This document shows, one piece after another, positions 21,282 through 30,966 of a stretch of DNA of 61,418 nucleotides. The position numbers were made by a program, and so were the translations under genes. Source of the DNA: Bacteroides sp. SM23_62_1 (GTDB lineage: Bacteria; Bacteroidota; Bacteroidia; Bacteroidales; SM23-62); contig LJUQ01000012.1 in assembly GCA_001304505.1 (NCBI GenBank), positions 1 to 61,418 of the forward strand, in the 5' to 3' direction. Every line of letters starts with the position of its first letter. Position 1 is the first letter of the stretch. The notes under the pieces are model-generated. The model did not search any database. It saw only the letters and a list, made by a program, of their open reading frames with translations, and was not told the origin of the DNA.

Positions 21282-21881
21282 ATGTTTTCAGGAATTGTTG
21301 AGGAAACAGCAACCGTTACAAAGCTTGTAAAAGAGCAAGAAAACCTGCATATTACGCTTACATGCAGTTTTGTAAACGAATTATCCATAGATCAGAGTAT
21401 TTCACATGATGGCGTATGCCTGACAGTAGTAAAAAAAACAGATAAGGATTATACTGTGACAGCGATCCTTGAAACCCTTCAAAAAACAAATCTGAGAAAC
21501 TGGAATGTTGGAACAAAGGTTAATCTCGAACGGAGTGTAAAGGTCGATGGCCGTCTTGACGGACACATGGTACAGGGGCATATTGATCTCACTGCTATAT
21601 GTGCTGAGGTCAAAGAAGCCGAAGGAAGCTGGTATTTTACATTCCAGTATGAACCTGTAACAGAAGAACATATAACTGTAGAGAAAGGATCCGTTTCAGT
21701 GAATGGGGTGTCCCTGACCGTTGTAAACTCCCGGGAAAAATCTTTCCAGGTTGCTATTATTCCGTATACATACCAGGTTACAAATTTCCACGAGATTAAA
21801 CCGGGAACCGTTGTAAATATTGAATTTGACATTATCGGGAAATATATTGCCAGAATCCTGAAAAAACAACTGGGGAAATAA
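21282..21881 (+). CDS. ribE: Riboflavin synthase (alpha chain)
   Basis: Starts MFSGIVE (ATG 21282, downstream of the track start); 'GVCLTV', 'VNLERS', 'GHMVQGHID', 'KGSVSVNGVSLT'. Confidence 0.95.
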   Translation: MFSGIVEETATVTKLVKEQENLHITLTCSFVNELSIDQSISHDGVCLTVVKKTDKDYTVTAILETLQKTNLRNWNVGTKVNLERSVKVDGRLDGHMVQGHIDLTAICAEVKEAEGSWYFTFQYEPVTEEHITVEKGSVSVNGVSLTVVNSREKSFQVAIIPYTYQVTNFHEIKPGTVVNIEFDIIGKYIARILKKQLGK

Positions 21882-22135
21882 TCCCAATTTATTTATCCTT
21901 ATTCCTACTCGCTAAACAGGTTTTAATTTTTTGTTTATTAAATCTTTTACTATCAACTGTATAGTTTATCCTTAACTGTATGCGGTTTGTTAAAAATCTC
22001 AGATTTACTGGACTTCAACTGCCAGATTTTAATTTTTCGGCACAGCCTGATTTTTGTTTAATTAATACCTTCTCCCTATCTGATTAGATTTTGTGTATCA
22101 GCACATTCATGATTATCAATTCCTAAAAAAATCCT

Positions 22136-22143
22136 TATCTTTG
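22136..22143 (+). promoter_or_regulatory. Bacteroidota -7 promoter element (TATCTTTG) for ileS
   Basis: TAnnTTTG 20 nt before the ATG. Confidence 0.6.
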
Positions 22144-22163
22144 CACAATTTTTAAAGAGACAC

Positions 22164-25100
22164 ATGAGTACCAGGTTCACAGAATATAAGAGTCTTGATC
22201 TTCCGAAAATAAATAAGGAAGTCCTTTCTTATTGGAAAAAGAATAAAACTTTTGAAAAAGGTTTGGAAATCAGAAAAACCAGCCCTGCATTCATTTTTTA
22301 TGAAGGACCCCCTTCAGCGAATGGAATTCCTGGCATTCATCATGTTATTTCCCGCACAATTAAAGATATCTTTTGCCGGTATAAATCACAGAAAGGTTAC
22401 AGGGTTGACCGCAAAGCCGGCTGGGACACCCATGGCCTTCCTGTTGAACTTGCAGTTGAAACATCCCTTGGCATCACCAAGGAAGATATAGGAAAGAAAA
22501 TCAGTGTAAGTGAATACAATAATACCTGTAAACAAGAGGTTATGCGTTATACACGTGAGTGGGAGGATTTTACCGATAAGATGGGTTACTGGATTAATAT
22601 GGACGAACCTTACATCACTTACGATAACCGTTATATTGAAACACTCTGGTACCTGTTAATGGAACTTTACAAGAAAGAATTCTTATACAAGGGATATACC
22701 ATTCAGCCATATTCACCCGCTGCCGGTACAGGCCTCAGCAGCCATGAACTGAACCAGCCGGGATGTTACCGTGATATCAAAGATACATCTGTTGTTGCCC
22801 TTTTTAAACTGATTCGTGATAAGAAATCCGATTTTCTTTATAAGAATATTGACTGTGACGTGTTCATACTTGCATGGACCACAACACCATGGACACTTCC
22901 ATCAAATACTGCACTTGCAATGGGGCCTGATATTGATTATATCAGAATAAAAACATTTCATCCATACAGTGGCAAACCTATTGTGGTAATTTTAGCCGGA
23001 ATTCTGTCAGAAATATATTTCCCTCCGGAAAACAGGAATCTCGATCCAGATCATTATCAGCCGGGTGATAAAGAAATTCCTTTTAAAGTCCTTTCCCGGC
23101 ATAAAGGCCGTGAATTTGAAGGAATCAAATATGAACAGCTTATTACCTGGGTTAAACCACATAAAGAAGCCTTCCGGATACTGCTGGGAGATTTCGTTTC
23201 AACAGAAGAAGGTACCGGGGTTGTGCATATCGCACCAACATTTGGAGCAGACGATTATAAAATAGCCCGGGAATATGATATACCTCCCCTGATTATTATT
23301 GATCGCGAAGGCACCACACAACCCCTGGTAGATAAAAAAGGAAGATTTTACCTGATCGAGGATATGAATCCCGATTTTGTGAAAGAATATGTAAATACAA
23401 AAGTCTATGGTGAATTCGCCGGCAAATTTGTAAAAAACGAATATGACGAGACGAGTGAAAAGGATGACGAGACTACTGATATTTCTATTGCTGTCGATCT
23501 GAAAAGACAGAATAAGGTTTTTCAGATCTCAAAGTATATACACAGTTATCCTCATTGCTGGCGCACTGATAAACCTGTTTTATATTATCCGCTTGAATCA
23601 TGGTTTATCCGTACTACAGCACTTAAAGACCGGTTAATTGAGCTGAATAATACAATTAACTGGAAGCCGAAATCAACCGGGGTCGGAAGGTTCGGGCAAT
23701 GGCTTGAAAACCTCGTTGACTGGAACCTTTCACGCTCCCGTTTCTGGGGAACTCCATTGCCAATCTGGATGACTGAAGATAAAACCGAGGAAAAATGTAT
23801 CGGATCACTGAAAGAATTGAAGGATGAAATAGTAAAATCTGTTGAGGCAGGATTTATGAAAGATAATCCACTTGCAGATTTTATCCCGGGTGATAATTCT
23901 TCCAAGAACTATAACAGGTTTGACCTTCATCGCCCATTTGTGGATAACATTATACTCGTTGCCTCTTCAGGAAAAAAAATGTACAGAGAACCGGATCTGA
24001 TAGATGGCTGGTTCGACTCGGGAGCTATGCCTTACGCCCAGTGGCATTATCCCTTTGAAAATAAAGATGAATTTAACCATTTGTTCCCTGCGGATTTTAT
24101 CTCCGAAGGTGTTGAACAAACCCGCGGATGGTTTTTTACACTTCATGCTATTGCTACAATGATCTCGGATTCAGTTTCAAGCAAAACTATTGTTTCACAT
24201 GGACTGGTTCTGGACAAGAATGGAAACAAGATGTCAAAAAGGCTTGGTAATTCTGTCGATCCGTTTCATACTATTGAAACATACGGGGCTGATCCGTTAA
24301 GGTGGTATATGATAACAAATAGTCAGCCATGGGATAACCTTAAATTTGATATTGCCGGTGTTGATGAAGTACGCCGGAAATTTTTTGGGACTCTGTTTAA
24401 TACATATTCATTCTTTGCACTATATGCCAATATCGATAGATTCCGATTTAATGAGGAAGATATTCCGGTAGCGGAAAGGCCTGAAATAGACCGGTGGATT
24501 ATTTCCCTGCTGAATACACTTACAAAAGAAGTTCAGGAATATTACGACGATTACGAACCTACCTGGGCAGGAAGGGCTATCCAGGAATTTGTTATAGAAA
24601 ACCTGAGTAACTGGTATGTTAGATTAAACAGAAAACGTTTCTGGGGTGGCGATTTTTCTAAAGATAAACTTTCCGCTTACCAGACTCTTTTCACCTGTCT
24701 CGTAACAGTTGCCCGGCTTATGGCACCTCTTGCTCCCTTTTTTGCAGAAAGATTATATAATGACCTCAATCAGGTTACGAAAAAATTCAGCTATGATTCC
24801 GTTCATCATACTGATTTTCCTGAATATGATGAATCGCTTATCGATAAAGAACTTGAAGAACGCATGGATATTGCACAAAAAATTTCTTCCCTCATACTGG
24901 GATTAAGAAGAAAAGTGAATATCAAAGTCCGCCAGCCTCTCAATAAAGTGCTTATTCCCCTCCTTAATAAAAAGTACAAGACAAAAATCGAAGCTGTTAA
25001 AAACCTTATTCTTTCAGAAATTAATGTGAAGGAACTTGAATATCTTTCCGATTCAAGTGAAATTTTAATTAAAAAAATTAAACCTGATTTCAAGGCCCTG

Positions 25101-25601
25101 GGACCCATGTATGGTAAACTAATGAAAGACATTGTTACTGTTATCAATCAGATGTCTCATGATGATATCCTTAATTTTGAAAAAGAAGGTTCGTTCACCT
25201 TCAGGATCGGGGAACAAAAAATCACGCTTACCTTGGATGATGTTGAAATCCTTTCCGAAGATATCCCGGGTTGGCTCGTTGCCAGTGAAGGAGACCTGAC
25301 TGTTGCACTCGATATCTCTGTTACTGAAGAACTCAGGTTCGAAGGTATTGCCAGGGAGTTCATTAATCGCATCCAGAATTACAGGAAAGAAAGCGGTTTT
25401 GATGTGACAGATAAAATCCTGGTCAGCATCCAGAAACATGATGCTATTAATAAAGCAATAGAAAAAAATAAGGAATATATTGGTTCTCAGACACTTGCGA
25501 AAGAAATACGATTAACTGATAAGCTGGAAAAAACCAATTCCCGGAAGGTTGAGATTGATGATGATATCACAACCCTGCTAAAAATAGAAAAAGTTATCTG
25601 A
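22164..25601 (+). CDS. ileS: Isoleucine--tRNA ligase (type 2)
   Basis: 'EGPPSANGIPGIHH', 'GWDTHGLP', 'WTTTPWTLP', 'QTRGWF', 'KMSKR'. Confidence 0.97.
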   Translation: MSTRFTEYKSLDLPKINKEVLSYWKKNKTFEKGLEIRKTSPAFIFYEGPPSANGIPGIHHVISRTIKDIFCRYKSQKGYRVDRKAGWDTHGLPVELAVETSLGITKEDIGKKISVSEYNNTCKQEVMRYTREWEDFTDKMGYWINMDEPYITYDNRYIETLWYLLMELYKKEFLYKGYTIQPYSPAAGTGLSSHELNQPGCYRDIKDTSVVALFKLIRDKKSDFLYKNIDCDVFILAWTTTPWTLPSNTALAMGPDIDYIRIKTFHPYSGKPIVVILAGILSEIYFPPENRNLDPDHYQPGDKEIPFKVLSRHKGREFEGIKYEQLITWVKPHKEAFRILLGDFVSTEEGTGVVHIAPTFGADDYKIAREYDIPPLIIIDREGTTQPLVDKKGRFYLIEDMNPDFVKEYVNTKVYGEFAGKFVKNEYDETSEKDDETTDISIAVDLKRQNKVFQISKYIHSYPHCWRTDKPVLYYPLESWFIRTTALKDRLIELNNTINWKPKSTGVGRFGQWLENLVDWNLSRSRFWGTPLPIWMTEDKTEEKCIGSLKELKDEIVKSVEAGFMKDNPLADFIPGDNSSKNYNRFDLHRPFVDNIILVASSGKKMYREPDLIDGWFDSGAMPYAQWHYPFENKDEFNHLFPADFISEGVEQTRGWFFTLHAIATMISDSVSSKTIVSHGLVLDKNGNKMSKRLGNSVDPFHTIETYGADPLRWYMITNSQPWDNLKFDIAGVDEVRRKFFGTLFNTYSFFALYANIDRFRFNEEDIPVAERPEIDRWIISLLNTLTKEVQEYYDDYEPTWAGRAIQEFVIENLSNWYVRLNRKRFWGGDFSKDKLSAYQTLFTCLVTVARLMAPLAPFFAERLYNDLNQVTKKFSYDSVHHTDFPEYDESLIDKELEERMDIAQKISSLILGLRRKVNIKVRQPLNKVLIPLLNKKYKTKIEAVKNLILSEINVKELEYLSDSSEILIKKIKPDFKALGPMYGKLMKDIVTVINQMSHDDILNFEKEGSFTFRIGEQKITLTLDDVEILSEDIPGWLVASEGDLTVALDISVTEELRFEGIAREFINRIQNYRKESGFDVTDKILVSIQKHDAINKAIEKNKEYIGSQTLAKEIRLTDKLEKTNSRKVEIDDDITTLLKIEKVI

Positions 25602-25676
25602 TAAGTGAGGCATTTGCCTGTTCTGTTTATATTTTCCAATAAACTCTACAATATGGCCCATTTATTCAAATTTTCT

Positions 25677-25684
25677 TATATTTG
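25677..25684 (+). promoter_or_regulatory. Bacteroidota -7 promoter element (TATATTTG)
   Basis: TAnnTTTG shortly before the DksA-family ATG. Confidence 0.5.
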
Positions 25685-25701
25685 GCGAAAATTTATGAGC
25701 C

Positions 25702-26079
25702 ATGGGAGAAAAGACGAGATATAATGATGATGAGCTTGAGGAATTTAAGCAAATAATCCTGGCCAAGCTTGACAAAGCAAGAAAAGATTATGACTTGTTA
25801 AAAGATGCTATCACCCAGAGTGAAAGCAACGATACACAGGATACTTCCCCAACCTTTAAGGTGCTTGAAGAAGGGGCTGCAACCCTATCCAAAGAAGAAG
25901 CCGGTAAACTGGCACAACGACAACAAAAGTTTATTCAACATCTGCAGGCAGCCCTGATCAGGATTGAGAATAAAACTTATGGCATCTGTCGTGTGACCGG
26001 CAAGTTGATACCAAAGGAAAGGTTACGTGCTGTACCACATGCAACCCTCAGTATTGACGCCAAACAACAGCAACAATAA
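25702..26079 (+). CDS. TraR/DksA-family transcription factor (single-Cys type)
   Basis: 'ALIRIENKTYGICRVTGKLIPKERLRAVPHATLS'; ileS-dksA-lspA synteny. Confidence 0.9.
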   Translation: MGEKTRYNDDELEEFKQIILAKLDKARKDYDLLKDAITQSESNDTQDTSPTFKVLEEGAATLSKEEAGKLAQRQQKFIQHLQAALIRIENKTYGICRVTGKLIPKERLRAVPHATLSIDAKQQQQ

Positions 26080-26100
26080 TCTTTAAGTAATGACTTTAAT

Positions 26101-26136
26101 AAAAATGATTGGAGAACGATTTCCAATCATTTTTTA
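26101..26136 (+). terminator. Intrinsic terminator after the DksA-family gene
   Basis: aaaaatgattgga / tccaatcattttt stem followed by a T run. Confidence 0.65.
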
Positions 26137-26292
26137 TCTAGTCCTGAAAAGTTCTGAGGTCAAACCAGCGATATTGAGGATTCAACGCTTACGGTGCTGT
26201 GCACTGGCACAGCTCCACATATCCGAATTATAGCTCATTTATCTGGAATTTCAATATACATGTCCGAAAGTATTAACTTTTCATATTAATAT

Positions 26293-26300
26293 TATCTTTG
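26293..26300 (+). promoter_or_regulatory. Bacteroidota -7 promoter element (TATCTTTG) for lspA
   Basis: TAnnTTTG 20 nt before the ATG. Confidence 0.55.
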
Positions 26301-26320
26301 CCTTTCCCGAATGAAATAAT

Positions 26321-26995
26321 ATGTCTATTACAAGAAAATCCCTTATTCTTATATCTGTGATCCTTATCCTAGACCAGTTTATGAAAATCTGGATTAAAAC
26401 TTCACTCATGCTGGGAGAGGAAATTCATGTTTTTGGTAACTGGTTCATCCTGCATTTCACTGAGAATAACGGTATGGCATTCGGAATTGATATTCCGGGA
26501 GAATTCGGTAAAATCAGTCTCAGCCTTTTCCGTATTGCTGCGGTAGTAGGGATTGCTTTTTTTATCCGTCATCTTATCCGTAACAAGGCTCATCATGGCC
26601 TCGTCATCAGCACCTCACTCATCCTGGCCGGAGCCATAGGCAATATCATCGATTCAGCATTTTATGGTGTTATTTTTACTGACAGCTGGGGTCGGGTTGC
26701 AGAAATTTTTCCGGAAAATGGTGGGTATGCATCATTTCTCCATGGCAGGGTCGTTGATATGTTATATTTTCCAATTATTAAAGGAAGCTGGCCGGACTGG
26801 TTCCCCTTCTGGGGTGGTCAGACTTTTATTTTCTTCCGGCCTGTTTTCAATATCGCCGATTCATCAATTACAACAGGTGTAATTATTATCCTTATTTTCC
26901 AGAAACGCTTTTTCAGGATATCAGAAAAAGTGCAGACCGAAGATACTGATGCAATCCACTCATCCGGCTCATCAGAAGAATCAATAGAGCAATGA
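26321..26995 (+). CDS. lspA: Lipoprotein signal peptidase II
   Basis: 'LDQFMK', 'ENNGMAFG', 'GAIGNIID', 'GRVVDM', 'FNIADS'. Confidence 0.95.
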   Translation: MSITRKSLILISVILILDQFMKIWIKTSLMLGEEIHVFGNWFILHFTENNGMAFGIDIPGEFGKISLSLFRIAAVVGIAFFIRHLIRNKAHHGLVISTSLILAGAIGNIIDSAFYGVIFTDSWGRVAEIFPENGGYASFLHGRVVDMLYFPIIKGSWPDWFPFWGGQTFIFFRPVFNIADSSITTGVIIILIFQKRFFRISEKVQTEDTDAIHSSGSSEESIEQ

Positions 26996-27042
26996 TTCTG
27001 AAGAAACCTCGTATAGAACTCATTTAGAGATTGCGAGTGGTT

Positions 27043-29229
27043 CTATTCATCAACAAAAAATAAATCTAACTGTCTTTTTGCCAGGTTGGCACGCGCAATT
27101 TCCACTTTAATCTGATCACCGAGCTGAAATTTCCTGCCTGTCCGCTTTCCGGTAATACAATAGTTATCCTCATCATAATCATAGAAATCGTCAAATAGGT
27201 CCCTGAGAGAAATCATCCCTTCACATTTACAGTGAACAAGCTCAACATACAAGCCCCATTCAGTCACACCAGAAATAACACCATCATAAATCTCTCCAAT
27301 TTTATCAGCCAGAAATTCAACCTGTTTATACTTAATTGATGCCCATTCAGCTTCCATGGCCTTCCTTTCCATTTCTGAAGAATGCTTGCATCGTTCTTCA
27401 TATTTTTTCTGACTTTTGGAATCCCCGTTTTGCAGATAATGATCCAGCAGTCTGTGAACCATTAAATCAGGATATCTCCGGATAGGGGATGTAAAATGCG
27501 TGTAGTATTGAAAAGCCAGGCCATAGTGGCCGATATTCATGGTGGAATATTCTGCTTTTGCCATGGTTCTAATCGCGAGACTTTCAATGATGTTTTGTTC
27601 ACTTTTCCCTTTTACATCTTCCACAAGTTTATTAATTGAACCGGCTATCTTTTTTTTACTCCCCATATTCAGGCTGTATCCAAAACGTTTGATAAACCAT
27701 GCAAAAGATTCAATTTTTTCCTGGTTTGGTTTATCATGTATCCTGTATACAAAAGTCTTTCCGATAGTCTTTGCAGGTGGTGCAAAATCATTATCCTCCA
27801 ATTGTTTAAGTTTCTTTGGTTTGCCAATCAATTCAGCCACCTTTTTATTGGCAAGTAGCATAAATTCTTCAATCAGCTGATTGGATGCTTTATTCTCTCT
27901 CCAGAAAACACTTAGAGGATATCCCTCATGGTCAATCTCAAATTTAACCTCAACCCTTTCGAAGGAAAACGAACCATTTCTGAATCGTTCAGCTCTTAAT
28001 TTTTGTGCTATTTCATGAAGTTCAAGAATTTCATCCTTCATATCACCTTCTTTCCACTCAATAATCTCCTGTACCTCATCATAATTAAAGCGGCGGTCTG
28101 AACATATAATTGTCCGTCCAAACCATTCATTTAGCACTTCGGCATTATTATTCATTTCAAAAACGGCGGAGTAACACAATTTTTCTTCCTGTGGCTTGAG
28201 GGAACAGATATTATTTGAAAGACGCTCCGGCAACATGGGTATAACCCTGTCAACAAGATATATAGAAGTTCCTCGTTCATAGGCTTCCTGATCAATGATG
28301 GATTTTTCACCAATATAATGTGACACATCAGCAATATGAACACCGACCTCACTGTTGCCGTTCTCAAGGTGTGTGATTGACAATGCATCATCAAAATCTT
28401 TTGCATCTGCCGGATCAATTGTAAAAGTTGGTACATCCCTGAAATCCCTCCGCTTGGCATAGTCATGCTCTGTTATACGGTCACTGATCAACTCCGCAGC
28501 ATGGTTAACCTCTTCAGGGAATTTCCATGGTAACTCAAATTCAGCAAGAATAGCATGCATTTCAACTTCATGCTGTCCCGGTTCACCAAGTACCTCGATA
28601 ATCTCCCCTGCAGGATTTTTAGTACCTTTTGGCCATCCTGTTATAACTGCAATAGCTTTATCCCCGTCTTTTGCCCCTTTTAATCTGTCGAGAGGAATAT
28701 ACAGGTCATAAGGCATCTGTTTTGTGCCGGAATTCAGAAATGCAAAATTGCCGGACACCTCAACAATCCCAACAAATGTTTTCTTCGCACGTTCAATAAT
28801 TTCAATAACCTCACCTTCCAACCGTTTGCCCTTCTTCCTGGCAAACAGATATACCTTAACATAATCTCCATCAAGTGCCTGGTTCAGATTATTCCGTGAA
28901 ACAAACACATCCTCCCCGCTCTCATCAGACTGGATATAAGCATAACCAAATTGCGTCATGTCAACTGTACCGAAAATATATCCGCCTCTGGATCTAAGCT
29001 TATATTTACCTGGAAATATCTCCATCAAATCATTGCGGTTTTTTAAAAACTCCAGAACTTCAATGATTTTTCGTTTTGTAACTGTATCAGTGATCTCAAG
29101 ACGTTTAGCTATTTGTTTATAGTTAAAGGTCTGTGTGGGATTATTTGTAAAAAGCCCAGTCATAGCACTGGTCAGCGCTTCACGGTGAAAAGGTCTGCCT
29201 GTTTTTTTCTTTTTTCCTTTCCTTGCCAT
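27043..29229 (-). CDS. rnr: Ribonuclease R
   Basis: 'TIDPADAKDFDDA', 'VHIADVS', 'YTHFTSPIRRYPDL', C-terminal S1 domain. Confidence 0.96.
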   Translation of the reverse strand: MARKGKKKKTGRPFHREALTSAMTGLFTNNPTQTFNYKQIAKRLEITDTVTKRKIIEVLEFLKNRNDLMEIFPGKYKLRSRGGYIFGTVDMTQFGYAYIQSDESGEDVFVSRNNLNQALDGDYVKVYLFARKKGKRLEGEVIEIIERAKKTFVGIVEVSGNFAFLNSGTKQMPYDLYIPLDRLKGAKDGDKAIAVITGWPKGTKNPAGEIIEVLGEPGQHEVEMHAILAEFELPWKFPEEVNHAAELISDRITEHDYAKRRDFRDVPTFTIDPADAKDFDDALSITHLENGNSEVGVHIADVSHYIGEKSIIDQEAYERGTSIYLVDRVIPMLPERLSNNICSLKPQEEKLCYSAVFEMNNNAEVLNEWFGRTIICSDRRFNYDEVQEIIEWKEGDMKDEILELHEIAQKLRAERFRNGSFSFERVEVKFEIDHEGYPLSVFWRENKASNQLIEEFMLLANKKVAELIGKPKKLKQLEDNDFAPPAKTIGKTFVYRIHDKPNQEKIESFAWFIKRFGYSLNMGSKKKIAGSINKLVEDVKGKSEQNIIESLAIRTMAKAEYSTMNIGHYGLAFQYYTHFTSPIRRYPDLMVHRLLDHYLQNGDSKSQKKYEERCKHSSEMERKAMEAEWASIKYKQVEFLADKIGEIYDGVISGVTEWGLYVELVHCKCEGMISLRDLFDDFYDYDEDNYCITGKRTGRKFQLGDQIKVEIARANLAKRQLDLFFVDE

Positions 29230-29245
29230 TTATGAGTATGATAAA

Positions 29246-29328
29246 GGTCACGGAGAATCACAGAGATGAGGCAGAACCACAGATAAATTCTCTGTAGAAC
29301 TCAATATACTCTTTGATTCTCTGTGCCC
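29246..29328. repeat. CACAGAG-unit palindrome, empty copy 1
   Basis: GGTCACGGAG AATCACAGAG ATGAGGCAGA ACCACAGAT / CTCTGTAG..CTCTTTGATT CTCTGTGCCC. Confidence 0.8.
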
Positions 29329-29344
29329 AAATTATATTTATAAA

Positions 29345-29352
29345 CAAAGGTA
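29345..29352 (-). promoter_or_regulatory. Bacteroidota -7 promoter element (TACCTTTG) for rnr
   Basis: TAnnTTTG on the minus strand, upstream of the palindrome and rnr. Confidence 0.55.
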
Positions 29353-29410
29353 ATTATTACTAATTTTACATATCAATAATAGCCATGGTTTCCTGACTGA
29401 TTTTTTTATT

Positions 29411-30880
29411 ATGGACCATATACTTTACTTATATAACACACTATCACATACAAAGGAGAAATTCGAACCGTTTCATCCCCCGCTGGTTGGGCTATATGTC
29501 TGCGGGCCCACGGTATACGGGGATCCCCATCTCGGTCATGCCCGCCCGGCAATAACTTTCGACCTGTTATACCGCTATCTCACGCACCTGGGTTTTAAGG
29601 TCCGTTATGTAAGAAACATCACAGATGTGGGTCATCTGGAACAGGATCTGGATGAAGGGGAAGACAAGATTGCCAGACAGGCCAGGATTGAAAAGATGGA
29701 ACCAATGGAAGTGGTTCAGTATTATATGAACCGCTACCACGATACAATGCGGAAATTGAATGTTCTCCCTCCAAATATTGAACCCCTTGCATCCGGACAT
29801 ATTATTGAACAGCAGGAACTGGTTAAGAAATTAATTGATAACGGATATGCATACGAAAGTAATGGTTCGGTTTATTTTGATGTGGAGAAATATAACAATA
29901 AAAATCATTATGGTAAACTTTCAGGCAGAAAAACTGAAGATTTACTGGCTGCTTCCCGCGAACTTGAAAAACAATCAGATAAGAGGAATCCATTAGATTT
30001 TGCTCTATGGAAGAAAGCTGAACCGCAACATATTATGCGCTGGCCTTCCCCCTGGAGCGATGGCTTCCCCGGCTGGCATGTTGAGTGTTCGGTAATGAGC
30101 CAGAAATACCTGGGTAACAGATTTGATATCCATGGTGGTGGTATGGACCTCCTGTTTCCTCATCATGAATGTGAAATAGCACAGACAGTTGCCAGCCAGG
30201 GAACGGAATCAGTTAAATACTGGATGCATAATAATATGGTAACCCTGAATGGAAAGAAAATGGGTAAATCACTCGGTAATTCCATAACCCTGGAGGAATT
30301 TATTACGGGACATCACAAACTCCTCAGTAATGCATATAGTCCAATGACAATCAGGTTCTTTATGCTTCAGGCCCATTACAGGAGTACGCTGGATTTTTCC
30401 AATGAGGCATTGCAGGCTGCAGCAAAAGGGCTTGACAGGTTGATGGAAGGATTTAAAAATATTGATAAGATTATCCCGGCTAAAAAATCCACTATCAATC
30501 CGGACCGCATTAAAAAGGAGCTATATGATGCTATGAATGATGATCTGAACAGTCCTATAGCCATATCACATCTTTTTGATGGTATCAGGGATATTAATTC
30601 AGTTGTCTCAGGAAATGAGAGCCTTAACTCATCGGATCTGGTGAAGATAAAAAAAATCTATCATACCTTCATATTCGATATCCTTGGACTTCAGGAGGAA
30701 AAGGATGATGCAAAAGGAAAAGGCCTGCTTTCCGACCTGATAAATCTCCTGCTCATGATACGTATTGATGCCAGGAAAAGAAAAGATTTTGAAACTGCCG
30801 ACCGGATCAGGGATGAATTATCCAGATTGGGAGTGGAAGTCCGGGATGTGAAAGATGGTTATGAGTGGAAGATAAATTAG
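29411..30880 (+). CDS. cysS: Cysteine--tRNA ligase
   Basis: '[15 protein letters not shown]', 'DFALWK', 'PGWHVECS', '[15 protein letters not shown]', 'KMGKSLGN'. Confidence 0.97.
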   Translation: MDHILYLYNTLSHTKEKFEPFHPPLVGLYVCGPTVYGDPHLGHARPAITFDLLYRYLTHLGFKVRYVRNITDVGHLEQDLDEGEDKIARQARIEKMEPMEVVQYYMNRYHDTMRKLNVLPPNIEPLASGHIIEQQELVKKLIDNGYAYESNGSVYFDVEKYNNKNHYGKLSGRKTEDLLAASRELEKQSDKRNPLDFALWKKAEPQHIMRWPSPWSDGFPGWHVECSVMSQKYLGNRFDIHGGGMDLLFPHHECEIAQTVASQGTESVKYWMHNNMVTLNGKKMGKSLGNSITLEEFITGHHKLLSNAYSPMTIRFFMLQAHYRSTLDFSNEALQAAAKGLDRLMEGFKNIDKIIPAKKSTINPDRIKKELYDAMNDDLNSPIAISHLFDGIRDINSVVSGNESLNSSDLVKIKKIYHTFIFDILGLQEEKDDAKGKGLLSDLINLLLMIRIDARKRKDFETADRIRDELSRLGVEVRDVKDGYEWKIN

Positions 30881-30966
30881 GTCACAGAGTAATACAGAGA
30901 AATATTGAGAACCACAGAGTAATTTCTCTGTGGTTCTTATTTATACCCTGTGATCCTGTATAAACC
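30880..30966. repeat. CACAGAG-unit palindrome, empty copy 2
   Basis: GGTCACAGAG TAATACAGAG AAATATTGAG AACCACAGAG / CTCTGTGGTT CTTATTTATA CCCTGTGATC CTGTATAAACC; begins on the last base of the cysS stop codon. Confidence 0.8.

Noticed and set aside
24105-24135. IleRS 'GVEQTRGWF' instead of the usual GxDQxRGWF
   Set aside because: Conservative single substitution in an otherwise intact essential gene.
26195-26213. gctgtgc/gcacagc hairpin between the dksA-like gene and lspA as an ncRNA
   Set aside because: A 7-bp stem alone; no recognisable RNA family features.
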